Positions 28,021 to 36,069 are shown, counted from the first letter of the stretch. The stretch: 64,000 bases of DNA from an uncultured Candidatus Saccharibacteria bacterium (GCA_964510655.1 CAZEAY010000003.1:18924-82923); one strand, 5' to 3'. Program-made: numbers and translations. The notes: generated by a model from the letters alone, not told the origin.

Positions 28021-28527
28021 TTAAACAGAACCAACTGTAACCCGAAACCTCTCACTTTCCACCTTATCATGATGAACAAGATGATGACAATTATGGCACA
28101 GCCAAGCTAAATTATCAATTTTGTTATTTTTGTGATCCTTATCGATATGGTGGACCGCCAAGACCCTTTTATCTTTAAGACCACAAAGTTTGCAGACGGC
28201 AGGTATTTTATTCCTCAGTAATATACTCTTATATACATAGCCACCATTCTTCCAATTACCATGTTTTTCTCCAACAAATTCGGTATTTCTCCACTTTGTT
28301 TGACAACTCTTACTACAAAAAAATTTTCCACTTTTCGACCGTCCAAGCTGTTTAACTGTCTTATATGATATCTTGCCACAAACAAAACAGGGTTTTTCTT
28401 GTCCTGTCCGACTAGAAATATGCTGACATTTAGCTGAACAATACTTCCCTTTTCCGATTTTTACCCAATAAGGCTTGGTGTGAAATTCTTTAGAACAAAC
28501 ACTGCATAAAACACTGAGCATAAACAA
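28021..28527 (-). CDS. HNH endonuclease with zinc-ribbon repeats
   Basis: HHIDKDHKNNKIDNLAWLCHNCHHLVH HNH motif plus several CxxC pairs. Starts 7 nt from tRNA-His. Confidence 0.7.
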   Translation of the reverse strand: MFMLSVLCSVCSKEFHTKPYWVKIGKGKYCSAKCQHISSRTGQEKPCFVCGKISYKTVKQLGRSKSGKFFCSKSCQTKWRNTEFVGEKHGNWKNGGYVYKSILLRNKIPAVCKLCGLKDKRVLAVHHIDKDHKNNKIDNLAWLCHNCHHLVHHDKVESERFRVTVGSV

Positions 28528-28556
28528 ATCATACCAAAAATCAACTCAAGGTAAAA

Positions 28557-28592
28557 CCCAGCGACTGTGGATATATATCCACAGTCGCTGGG
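28557..28592. repeat. 36-nt perfect palindrome containing inverted DnaA-box-like half-sites
   Basis: CCCAGCGACTGTGGATAT/ATATCCACAGTCGCTGGG. TGTGGATAT matches 8 of 9 positions of the reverse-complemented TTATCCACA. Confidence 0.5.
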
Positions 28593-28604
28593 TAGATGTA
28601 ATGT

Positions 28605-29162
28605 TTAATAATGGGGATTCTCTTCTTTTACTCCCTTCTTGGTATTGGCAATTCGAGCCAAGGCATACAAGACTGATGACAAACGATTAAGATAAGACAG
28701 GGCCTCAGGTGAAACTACCAAATTCTCAGTCTGAGCTCTTACTACCGCCCGCTCGGTTCGTCTCGCAATTGTTCGAACGACATCAAAAAGAGAAGAGAGT
28801 TCAGTCCCACCGGGGATAATAAAACTCTTAATTGGTGGAATTTGCTTTTCAACACTATCAGTGACTAGCTCCAAAAAAGTTACCCGGGAAGCGGAAATTT
28901 TTTTATCAGCTCCCGCCAATTCAGCCTGGATAATAAAAAGATCCTGCTGAATTTCTGCCACTAAATCAGAAACAAGATTATCTTTATCGCCGACGAGAAA
29001 GGAAACTTCGTCAGTCCGACTTTTAGCTTTGCACAAACCCAAAAAAGAGTTGACTTCATCCATCGAACCAAGAGCTTCGGTCACCAAGGAGCTTTTAACA
29101 ATCCGGTTAGCACAACCAAAGGTCTTAGTTGTTCCGTCATCCCCTTTTCTCGTATAAAGCAT
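28605..29162 (-). CDS. ATP:cob(I)alamin adenosyltransferase, PduO/MMAB type
   Basis: YTRKGDDGTT N-terminus and a helical-bundle length of ~185 aa. Start at MLYTRKG (ATG 29160-29162). Confidence 0.7.
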   Translation of the reverse strand: MLYTRKGDDGTTKTFGCANRIVKSSLVTEALGSMDEVNSFLGLCKAKSRTDEVSFLVGDKDNLVSDLVAEIQQDLFIIQAELAGADKKISASRVTFLELVTDSVEKQIPPIKSFIIPGGTELSSLFDVVRTIARRTERAVVRAQTENLVVSPEALSYLNRLSSVLYALARIANTKKGVKEENPHY

Positions 29163-29224
29163 AGGGGTAATATACCATAGTCCAAAAAAAATTCCACCCA
29201 AAGTATGGATGGAGATTAGTGGGC

Positions 29225-29536
29225 TCACCGATGACGATGTTTGCCAAAGAAATCTTGTGAATAAAGATCAGGTGCAGGCACCAATCCTCGCAAGAAATCC
29301 GGCTGAGAAGTCTCGATGCGGTGGTGGGGCTGAGGAGCCACAAGAATGGCAGTCCCTTTAGGTAAAGCAGCAGCCTTGGAAGAGGCACGGAATGTTCCGA
29401 GACTGTCTGCTGGCCGGGTTCCCCAATGCCGAAAACGTACCATGTTACAGGCCTGGGCCTCAGACACCGCCTGAGCCTGACCAATAAAAACATCATTCAA
29501 GTACACCTCCCAAGTCAAAACCGGGCGCTTGGCCAT
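29225..29536 (-). CDS. GC-rich hypothetical protein (103 aa) with consensus SD and promoter
   Basis: AAGGAGG + 5 nt + ATG (29534-29536). The ORF is visibly GC-rich. No family recognised. Confidence 0.5.
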   Translation of the reverse strand: MAKRPVLTWEVYLNDVFIGQAQAVSEAQACNMVRFRHWGTRPADSLGTFRASSKAAALPKGTAILVAPQPHHRIETSQPDFLRGLVPAPDLYSQDFFGKHRHR

Positions 29537-29575
29537 GGAGACCTCCTTGGGAAAGATGACAGAATCCCTATCTGG

Positions 29576-29604
29576 ATAATAAGATTAATTCTATAGACTG
29601 TCAA
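29576..29604 (-). promoter_or_regulatory. near-consensus sigma70 promoter for the 29225..29536 gene
   Basis: Minus strand TTGACA (29599-29604), 17-nt spacer, TATTAT (29576-29581). Confidence 0.5.
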
Positions 29605-29630
29605 TATCTTATCTGTCTCTATCTATTAAA

Positions 29631-30293
29631 CTAAATCAGACTAGTTTGCCATAGCCAATACAAGACCGGTAGAATGATATAGAAAGAATAATGAATAATA
29701 TAGCTCCAGAGAAAACCATAACGATTCCTGACAATTAAGTAGGAAAAAATTTCTCCAGCAAAGAAAGAGGTAGAAATAAAAACAGCTGACAGCCAAGTGG
29801 TTGAAATATACAAAAGTGGCAAATGAAGGATCAAAACATAGAGACCAAAAAAACCAACATCTTTTCTTTGAGGCAATCCATTTTCAAAAAGATAATCAAT
29901 CGCTACGATAAAAAAAGCTTGTTGAAACATAATTTCGAAAGCTTTAGAGATTAAGAAGGTATTATTAACCTGAAGAGCCCAGTGCAAAGAGGACCGAAAC
30001 TCATTAAATTGAGTCGGAATAATAAAGTGGTCTAAAAAATAATAAATGGCTAGTCCTAAAACAAGAGAAATGGAAGCAATCCCAATTTCTTCAGAGGAAA
30101 AATGGTTGGCATGAGCCTTAATCCTTGTCCCTAAAAAAGTATAGAGAATAGCAATAATTAAGGCGAAATAACCACAAGTCAAGAGGTAGTTATTTACATA
30201 ATCAATTCCGTTTTGTTCCAACAATAAAACAAAAACAGCCCAAGAAGCAAACCAGGCTAAGGAAATAAGAGAAATATTTTTTAGCGTACGCAC
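29631..30293 (-). CDS. polytopic membrane protein, hypothetical (possibly CPBP-like)
   Basis: Six to seven predicted TM segments. The weak FxxxH and HxxxxF patterns are not diagnostic. Confidence 0.45.
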   Translation of the reverse strand: MRTLKNISLISLAWFASWAVFVLLLEQNGIDYVNNYLLTCGYFALIIAILYTFLGTRIKAHANHFSSEEIGIASISLVLGLAIYYFLDHFIIPTQFNEFRSSLHWALQVNNTFLISKAFEIMFQQAFFIVAIDYLFENGLPQRKDVGFFGLYVLILHLPLLYISTTWLSAVFISTSFFAGEIFSYLIVRNRYGFLWSYIIHYSFYIILPVLYWLWQTSLI

Positions 30294-30334
30294 AGACTAA
30301 GAATAACAAAGATTAGAAAAAATAAAAATCCGAT

Positions 30335-30517
30335 TTAAATCGGACTTTTATTTTTTGTGCGCGGGAGAAGAGTTTCACTGCTCGCTTCGCTGCGCTTTAG
30401 AAACCAACGGTTTCTAATTTTTTCCTCCACGATCTTCGTCTTGTGTTTTTTAACAAAAACATCCGCAACGCGAATTAATGCTTTTTTATAAATGAACGTT
30501 TCTCTTGTAAAAAACAT
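30335..30517 (-). CDS. possible 30S ribosomal protein S21-like ORF whose 3' end runs through a tRNA-Leu fragment
   Basis: KKALIRV...VEEKIRNRWFLKRS loosely resembles the S21 blocks ALRRFKR...EARKREFYEKPS. The last ~17 codons are encoded by the duplicated tRNA-Leu 3' segment and a terminator hairpin. No SD, as for native genes. Confidence 0.25.
   Translation of the reverse strand: MFFTRETFIYKKALIRVADVFVKKHKTKIVEEKIRNRWFLKRSEASSETLLPRTKNKSPI
30357..30377 (-). repeat. direct repeat of the tRNA-Leu 3' end (att-like scar)
   Basis: The 15-nt GTGCGCGGGAGAAGA matches 30609-30623 of tRNA-Leu exactly. It is preceded by a hairpin of the same architecture as the one next to the tRNA (AAAAATCCGATTTAAATCGGA vs AAAAATCCAGTTTTAGCTGGA). 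Confidence 0.5.
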
Positions 30518-30605
30518 TAATTCGACCGTTGCCCGACCCCTTCCCAGTTCAAGTTTTACTTTTTTCCCAAATAAAAAAATCCAGTTTTAGCTGGATTTTT
30601 TTATT

Positions 30606-30695
30606 TGGTGCGCGGGAGAAGACTTGAACTTCCATGCCTTGTTAAAGGGCGCTACCACCTCAAGGTAGTGCGTCTACCAATTTCGCCACCCGCGC
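30606..30695 (-). tRNA. tRNA-Leu (anticodon GAG), CCA encoded
   Basis: GCGCGGG acceptor stem, anticodon loop CTTGAGGT, long variable arm, T-loop TTCAAGT, 3' CCCGCGCACCA. Confidence 0.85.
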
Positions 30696-30743
30696 ATTGC
30701 AATTTCCCTATTATACGCAAAATCGTCTAGTTTACAATAAAAA

Positions 30744-30770
30744 AATCCGGACTTAACCGGATTTTTTCTT
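30744..30770. terminator. rplS terminator
   Basis: AAAAATCCGGACTTAACCGGATTTTTT. Confidence 0.55.
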
Positions 30771-30776
30771 TATTAT

Positions 30777-31268
30777 TTATTTTGCTTCTTCAGAGGTTTC
30801 CTCAATAATCTCTTCTCCCTGCATCAGTTCTGGTGAGATATCCCCAGTCTCAATCCCTTCCACCACTTGAGCGACCAATTCATCAACCTCCCTATCAGCC
30901 ACTGGTTTACCAGCAATTTTGCGCATTCGACGACGAATTTCCTTGGCGGCCTTATCACGAATATAGTAAAGCTTAGCCTTAGAAACCTTAGCCCGTCTCA
31001 ATACTTCTACTTTATCAATGTTAGGAGAATAAATTGGAAAAACCTTTTCCATACCAACCCCACTAGCTACCTTACGAACAGTAAAAGTAGCGCCGGCTTC
31101 GGTGCCGTGTTTATGAGCAATAATCAAACCTTCATAAGCCTGAAGACGAACTTTGCCTTTTTCTTGAATTTTTTGCCAAACCTTAACTGTATTACCCGGA
31201 CGAAGATCAAGCTTTTTACGCTTTTCCATGTCGACAGGAGAAATTTTTATTGATGTCTTAGTTGCCAT
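30777..31268 (-). CDS. rplS: 50S ribosomal protein L19 with acidic C-terminal extension
   Basis: PGNTVKVWQKIQEKGKVRLQAYEGLIIA..HGTEAGATFTVRK matches the L19 core. Confidence 0.9.
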   Translation of the reverse strand: MATKTSIKISPVDMEKRKKLDLRPGNTVKVWQKIQEKGKVRLQAYEGLIIAHKHGTEAGATFTVRKVASGVGMEKVFPIYSPNIDKVEVLRRAKVSKAKLYYIRDKAAKEIRRRMRKIAGKPVADREVDELVAQVVEGIETGDISPELMQGEEIIEETSEEAK

Positions 31269-31280
31269 AATGGGAAAAGC

Positions 31281-32012
31281 TTAGCATAAGTTTTCAATAC
31301 TTTCAAGGGCAGACCGAAAATCAGCCGGCAAAGGAGACTCTATTTTAAATAGCTTATCCTGGTAGAAAAACTCAATACTGTGAGCATGGAGAGCTTGACG
31401 AGAAAGGCCCGGCAAACAAGGCAAATTAGGGGCATACAAAGCATCACAAACAATAGGATGGCTAATGGCTTTAAAATGGACACGAATTTGATGCGTCCGG
31501 CCAGTTTTTGGATAAGCTTCTATATAAGTAACATTTTTAAACTTTTTTAAAATTTTATAATCTGTTACAGCTTCTCGCAATTTCCCGGGGGATTTCAGTC
31601 GAGCCACCCTCACTCGAGGATCTTTTTTACTTCGACCAATCGGTAGGTCAATAGTCGCCTCTGTCCCCTCTTCTTGCTTAAATTCGCCACTAACTAAAAG
31701 GCGGTATGTTTTTTTAATTGTATGATTTTGAAACTGCTCTTTTAAAGACAAATAAGTTGTCTGATTTTTTGCTATCAATAAAACCCCACTCGTATCTTTG
31801 TCTAATCGGTGAACTATCCCTGGTTTAAGAATTTTTTCTCCATTTAAACCAAGTATTGGTTCTCCAACGTCGGATAAAGCTAGGTATTTTTCTATCAACC
31901 AACTAGCAATAGTCTCTTCCTCCTTTCTCCCGTCTCCGTGAACAGAAATACCTGCCGGCTTATCTAAAACCAGCAAGTTTTTATCTTCATACAAAATCGG
32001 TATGTCAATCAT
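31281..32012 (-). CDS. RluA-family pseudouridine synthase
   Basis: HRLDKDTSGVLLIAKN catalytic-Asp motif. Confidence 0.85.
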   Translation of the reverse strand: MIDIPILYEDKNLLVLDKPAGISVHGDGRKEEETIASWLIEKYLALSDVGEPILGLNGEKILKPGIVHRLDKDTSGVLLIAKNQTTYLSLKEQFQNHTIKKTYRLLVSGEFKQEEGTEATIDLPIGRSKKDPRVRVARLKSPGKLREAVTDYKILKKFKNVTYIEAYPKTGRTHQIRVHFKAISHPIVCDALYAPNLPCLPGLSRQALHAHSIEFFYQDKLFKIESPLPADFRSALESIENLC

Positions 32013-32048
32013 AAAACCATCTTAACTTAAAATTAGCAAAAAACAATT

Positions 32049-32077
32049 TTTGCAAAGACTCTGGCTTTGTGTTATAA
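32049..32077 (+). promoter_or_regulatory. promoter for the tRNA-Val/tRNA-Arg cluster
   Basis: TTGCAA, 17-nt spacer, TATAAA, 10 nt before the tRNA-Val 5' end. Confidence 0.4.
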
Positions 32078-32087
32078 ATGAAGAACT

Positions 32088-32160
32088 TGCGCGGTTAGCT
32101 CAGTTGGTAGAGCAACCCGTTTACACCGGGAAGGTCGGGGGTTCAAGTCCCTCACCGCGC
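32088..32160 (+). tRNA. tRNA-Val (anticodon TAC)
   Basis: GCGCGGT acceptor, D-loop AGTTGGTA, anticodon loop TTTACAC, T-loop TTCAAGT. Confidence 0.85.
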
Positions 32161-32285
32161 ACAGCGAGCAAAGCGAGATGGCCGGGAAAAAGGCAATTTT
32201 TTGCCTTTTGAGAGGGACTTGAAAAGGTTGAGCTTATCGCACGGAGCAAAGCGAGTACGATACGAAACCTGTACCGAATCTGTAA

Positions 32286-32306
32286 GATTCAAGTCCCACA
32301 CCACCA
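32286..32306 (+). repeat. degenerate direct repeat of the tRNA-Val 3' end
   Basis: GATTCAAGTCCCACACCACCA vs tRNA-Val GGTTCAAGTCCCTCACCGCGCA. Two copies of GAGCAAAGCGAG (32163-32176 and 32254-32266) and an A5GGCAAT6GCC hairpin lie between the tRNA and the repeat. Confidence 0.45.
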
Positions 32307-32315
32307 ACCCCTTCT

Positions 32316-32390
32316 GCCCTTGTAGTTCAATGGATAGAACAGCGGACTTCTAAGCCGTTAATGTTGGTTCGATTCCAACCGGGGGCACCA
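32316..32390 (+). tRNA. tRNA-Arg (anticodon TCT), CCA encoded
   Basis: Anticodon loop CTTCTAA, T-loop TTCGATT, acceptor GCCCTTG/CGGGGGC with two G-U pairs. Confidence 0.8.
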
Positions 32391-32403
32391 ATATTATATT
32401 TTC

Positions 32404-32733
32404 TTAAAGACCGGGATCGGAAACAGCTGGTTTAATATTAGATAGGGTTTCCAACTCAAACTCCCTTTTAGAACGATCTATTAAAATAGATTTCATTTTA
32501 GTCTCATCTAATGTCTCTATGGCCGAAGTAGAGCTTGCAACAATGGAAACCTCCCGCCTGGAAAGCTCCATTTTTAAAAAAAATAAAACACTAAACACAA
32601 CCGCCAACCCGACAAAAAATATCACCACCAAAACAGACCAGATATAGGCTGGCTTAATAGACAGTTTTTCTGTATCGTAATCACGTAGAGCGCTTAGCGA
32701 CCGCAAACATTTTTTAAATTGAATAAAGTGCAT
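32404..32733 (-). CDS. hypothetical single-TM protein at the distal end of the pilMNO operon
   Basis: 109 aa with one TM (IWSVLVVIFFVGLAVVFSVLFFL). Confidence 0.35.
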   Translation of the reverse strand: MHFIQFKKCLRSLSALRDYDTEKLSIKPAYIWSVLVVIFFVGLAVVFSVLFFLKMELSRREVSIVASSTSAIETLDETKMKSILIDRSKREFELETLSNIKPAVSDPGL

Positions 32734-32754
32734 AAGTTCTAATAGTTAGTCTAT

Positions 32755-33282
32755 TTATTCTGTAGTGGGAATACCTACTACCAGACTCCCCGACCAAGCG
32801 CCAGCCGCCTTCAATTCAACACCACGAGACAGTGAAATTTTTTCAAAAGAGACCCAGTAATCACTATTTTCCAAAAGTTTAATAAAATAATAAATATTAC
32901 CATAACTACCCTTAACACTAATATCAAGCATCACCCGTTCCCCGTCCGTAGCATTATTTAAAGTATAATTAATTCCACTCTTGCTCGCTAACTTTTCTAA
33001 AGCATCAAGAGCTAAGACTTTTTCCTCAGAAGAGATAAAATATTTGTTTAAAATTTCCACCGACTCAGCTGACCGATCTGCCGCCACTTTATTAAGAGAT
33101 ACTTTACTTTTTTTAGCGGTCAACTCTTCTAGTTTGCCGAGAATCTGAGCATTTTGGTCAGACAGACTGATTAGTTGGCCTAAACACCAAAACAAAAATA
33201 TCACCAAAATAATATCGGCTAAAATAATCAAAGCAGCAGTATAATATTTTGTCTTAAGGTGTAACATTTTTTTGTAAATCAA
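32755..33282 (-). CDS. pilO: type IV pilus assembly protein PilO-like
   Basis: Single N-terminal TM, a coiled-coil-prone segment and a periplasmic domain. Its position after pilM and pilN supports the call. Confidence 0.5.
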   Translation of the reverse strand: MIYKKMLHLKTKYYTAALIILADIILVIFLFWCLGQLISLSDQNAQILGKLEELTAKKSKVSLNKVAADRSAESVEILNKYFISSEEKVLALDALEKLASKSGINYTLNNATDGERVMLDISVKGSYGNIYYFIKLLENSDYWVSFEKISLSRGVELKAAGAWSGSLVVGIPTTE

Positions 33283-33817
33283 CCAAAGTAATCACAATAG
33301 AAAAATCACTCTCCCCACCCTTAATCAGATTAGCGAAGGGAGAATCAACAGACGCAAATAACGGGTCTTTTTTAAGATTGTTAATGAAATTAAGTAAATC
33401 ATTCCTTTGTCTAGACATCCCAGATAAAGTTAATTTCCAGTCACTGGACTCAACTTTTCCAATATCAATATTTTTTAATTTTATACCGACAGGCTTTGCC
33501 ACCATTATCCGATCAAAAATTTCAGAGGGAATATGAAGTGAGGAACGTTCCATCGTGAGTGTTTTAATCATCTTATTAGCCTTAACCATTTGGGATGAAT
33601 AATAATCAAACTCTTTTATCTCACCCCCCAGATTTTCAATCTTTAGAGCCTCAGTTAATGAATTATTATTAATATTTAACGCCACATAAAAAGAAACCAA
33701 ACCAACTGCCAAAAAAAACAACAACAGGCCGATAGCTATCCCCAAACTAATAATGACCCGAGAACGATATTCGGTGGAGATTATTTTTTTATCTGTTGGC
33801 AAAAGTAAGTTAATCAT
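33254..33817 (-). CDS. pilN: type IV pilus assembly protein PilN-like
   Basis: Short cytoplasmic N-terminus (INLLP), a single TM, and a position directly after pilM. Confidence 0.55.
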   Translation of the reverse strand: MINLLLPTDKKIISTEYRSRVIISLGIAIGLLLFFLAVGLVSFYVALNINNNSLTEALKIENLGGEIKEFDYYSSQMVKANKMIKTLTMERSSLHIPSEIFDRIMVAKPVGIKLKNIDIGKVESSDWKLTLSGMSRQRNDLLNFINNLKKDPLFASVDSPFANLIKGGESDFSIVITLVDLQKNVTP

Positions 33818-34917
33818 AAATGAATAGCTTCCTGGGTAATTCCTCTTAGAGCCAAACCAATCGCCGTCACATAGCGCAAAGAATTATTAAAATCCAAAGG
33901 TGGAATTTCCTGACTAATATCCATAAAGGAAGACCAGGGATTACCGATTTCTACTGGGGCATAAAAGTTTACGGAAAGATATTCTGTCATGCCAGGAAGA
34001 GTCGCTTGGCCACCGTAAAATAATATCTTGCTTATCCCAACACCAACCTCATGACTTTCTCTCATGTTTTGCCAATAAATATAGAGTCGACCCATTTCAT
34101 CCTTAAGGGCGGAAATAGCAGGAATAAGAGCGTCAAATACCGTTTTATTATTAGGGGAATATAATAAACCCTTTTTTATTTTCAATTGCTCAGCTTCTTC
34201 ATAACTTACATTCAAAGATTTTTCGATAGCCCGAGTCAAACTATCACCACTAACACTCTTAATGGTTGAAGCGAACAAAACGGCCCCCTGGCTAACAATA
34301 GAAAAACCGGTCCGAGTTTTCCCGATATCTACCACCATGTAAGTCCCCCCATCATTTGAGGAAACAAGCGCCCTGGAAGCTGATTGAACTTCAACCTCCA
34401 AACCAGCCACCTGAAAACCAGCCATTTGTAAAACGGAGGTGTAATCAGCCGCTAAGTTTTTGGGAGAAATAAAGACACCTAAAATATAATTTTCTTGGGG
34501 GGTTTTTGGTTCGTGATATATTTCATAATCAAAAATTACCTGGTCGACAGGAAGAGGAATATACTCCTCCAATAAAAGTTCAATGCTTCCATGCAACTCA
34601 CTTTTCTTTACCCATGGGACACTCATTCTAACCACAAAAGTCTCTTCTTCTGGCAATGAAGCATAAACATAAGTAAAATTATTATCTTTTCTTATTTTAC
34701 TCAGCGTATCAATAAGAGCTTCTTTATTTACAATTTTACCAGACACAATTATGCCGGCCGCCAGACTCACATCACCACACTTAGACAGACGATAGCCCTT
34801 TACCGAAGGAGACAACTCGGCAAATTTAATTGAAGTATCAGAAATATCAATTCCCACAGTAGATAACTCTAGGTATTTAGGGATAGGAAATAGTTTAAAA
34901 AAACGAGATAGGTGCAT
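33814..34917 (-). CDS. pilM: type IV pilus assembly ATPase-fold protein PilM
   Basis: Actin-like fold blocks (VGIDISDTSIKFAEL, GGTYMVVDIGKTRTGFSIV, ILFYGGQATLPG). Confidence 0.75.
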   Translation of the reverse strand: MHLSRFFKLFPIPKYLELSTVGIDISDTSIKFAELSPSVKGYRLSKCGDVSLAAGIIVSGKIVNKEALIDTLSKIRKDNNFTYVYASLPEEETFVVRMSVPWVKKSELHGSIELLLEEYIPLPVDQVIFDYEIYHEPKTPQENYILGVFISPKNLAADYTSVLQMAGFQVAGLEVEVQSASRALVSSNDGGTYMVVDIGKTRTGFSIVSQGAVLFASTIKSVSGDSLTRAIEKSLNVSYEEAEQLKIKKGLLYSPNNKTVFDALIPAISALKDEMGRLYIYWQNMRESHEVGVGISKILFYGGQATLPGMTEYLSVNFYAPVEIGNPWSSFMDISQEIPPLDFNNSLRYVTAIGLALRGITQEAIHL

Positions 34918-34967
34918 ATCTCATTTATTATACCGTGAAGATCTTTTTAAATGAATAGGAAAAGTGT

Positions 34968-35348
34968 CTATCGGCGAGAAGCTAAATAGCTTTCTAAAAT
35001 AATTGCCGCCGCCCGAGCATCAAGATTATCATCGTCACCAACGATTCTGGCCGCCTCACGACTAGAATAAGTTTCTATTTGAAAATTTACCGGTAGTCCT
35101 GTTTCTTTTTTTAAACTTTGACCAAAAATCTGAGAGGATTCCAAAATAGGATTTGGTTGACCTTTAAAATCTCGCGACTCTCCAATAACTATTTCGGCCA
35201 CTCCCTCCTTAAGACAAATATTCTTAACTAAAGAAACGACATCTTTTCCATTAGAAACCACCGAGTATGGATAAACAAAATTACCCACCTCATCTGAGAG
35301 GGCTAGACCAATATTTTTATGTCCATAATCTATTCCCAGATAACGCAT
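34968..35348 (-). CDS. ruvX: Holliday-junction resolvase-like RNase YqgF/RuvX
   Basis: MRYLGIDYGHKNIGLALSDE N-terminus. The ATG at 35346-35348 directly abuts the tRNA-Ser 3' end. Confidence 0.8.
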   Translation of the reverse strand: MRYLGIDYGHKNIGLALSDEVGNFVYPYSVVSNGKDVVSLVKNICLKEGVAEIVIGESRDFKGQPNPILESSQIFGQSLKKETGLPVNFQIETYSSREAARIVGDDDNLDARAAAIILESYLASRR

Positions 35349-35439
35349 TGGCGGAGGGGGCGAGATTCGAACTCGCGATACCCTTTCGGATATGACGGTT
35401 TTCAAGACCGTTCCTTTAAACCACTCAGGCACCCCTCCT
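35349..35439 (-). tRNA. tRNA-Ser (anticodon TGA), CCA encoded
   Basis: GGAGGGG acceptor, anticodon loop CTTGAAA, long variable arm, T-loop TTCGAAT. Confidence 0.85.
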
Positions 35440-35519
35440 CACCAATACATCCTAACAAATCAAGAGTCAAAATCAAACATCTTATTATTCTCATTTTTAA
35501 CTTATAATTAATTATCTAT

Positions 35520-36062
35520 TTGTCCCCTTTTGCTACACTTGAGGCGATGTTACAATATTTACTAATGGAAGAAGACTTAACACAAGAAGACCAACCAATA
35601 AAAAAAGAAGTGGGTGAAGAAATTTATTGGGAATATTACGAATATGAATTTCAAGAAAAAACAGCCGATTGGTTTTGGATTTTTGGGACAATTGCATTAT
35701 TACTAATAATTATTGCCCTGATCCTAAAAAACTTTCTTTTGGCCTTAATTATTTTACTAAGTGCCTTTATTTTAGGCACTTATGCCAAACGACCACCAAG
35801 TCTTATTACTTATGGACTCGGCCGACACGGAATAAAACACGGATCAGACACTTTCCGTTATGAGACAATAAAATCTTTTTGGATAAACAAACAAAGCAAT
35901 CACTTAATAATAGAATCGACCCGAATGATCAAACCCCATATTTCTATCCCCCTAGGAGAAACTGACCCCGAACTTATTCGCAAAAAACTACTACCCATTA
36001 TTAAAGAACAAGAATACCGCGGTTCAATTTCGGATTTTATCAGTGATTTTTTTGGATTTTAA
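35520..36062 (+). CDS. hypothetical two-TM membrane protein
   Basis: Acidic N-terminus followed by two TM segments. Native composition. Confidence 0.4.
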   Translation: MSPFATLEAMLQYLLMEEDLTQEDQPIKKEVGEEIYWEYYEYEFQEKTADWFWIFGTIALLLIIIALILKNFLLALIILLSAFILGTYAKRPPSLITYGLGRHGIKHGSDTFRYETIKSFWINKQSNHLIIESTRMIKPHISIPLGETDPELIRKKLLPIIKEQEYRGSISDFISDFFGF

Positions 36063-36069
36063 AAAAAGA

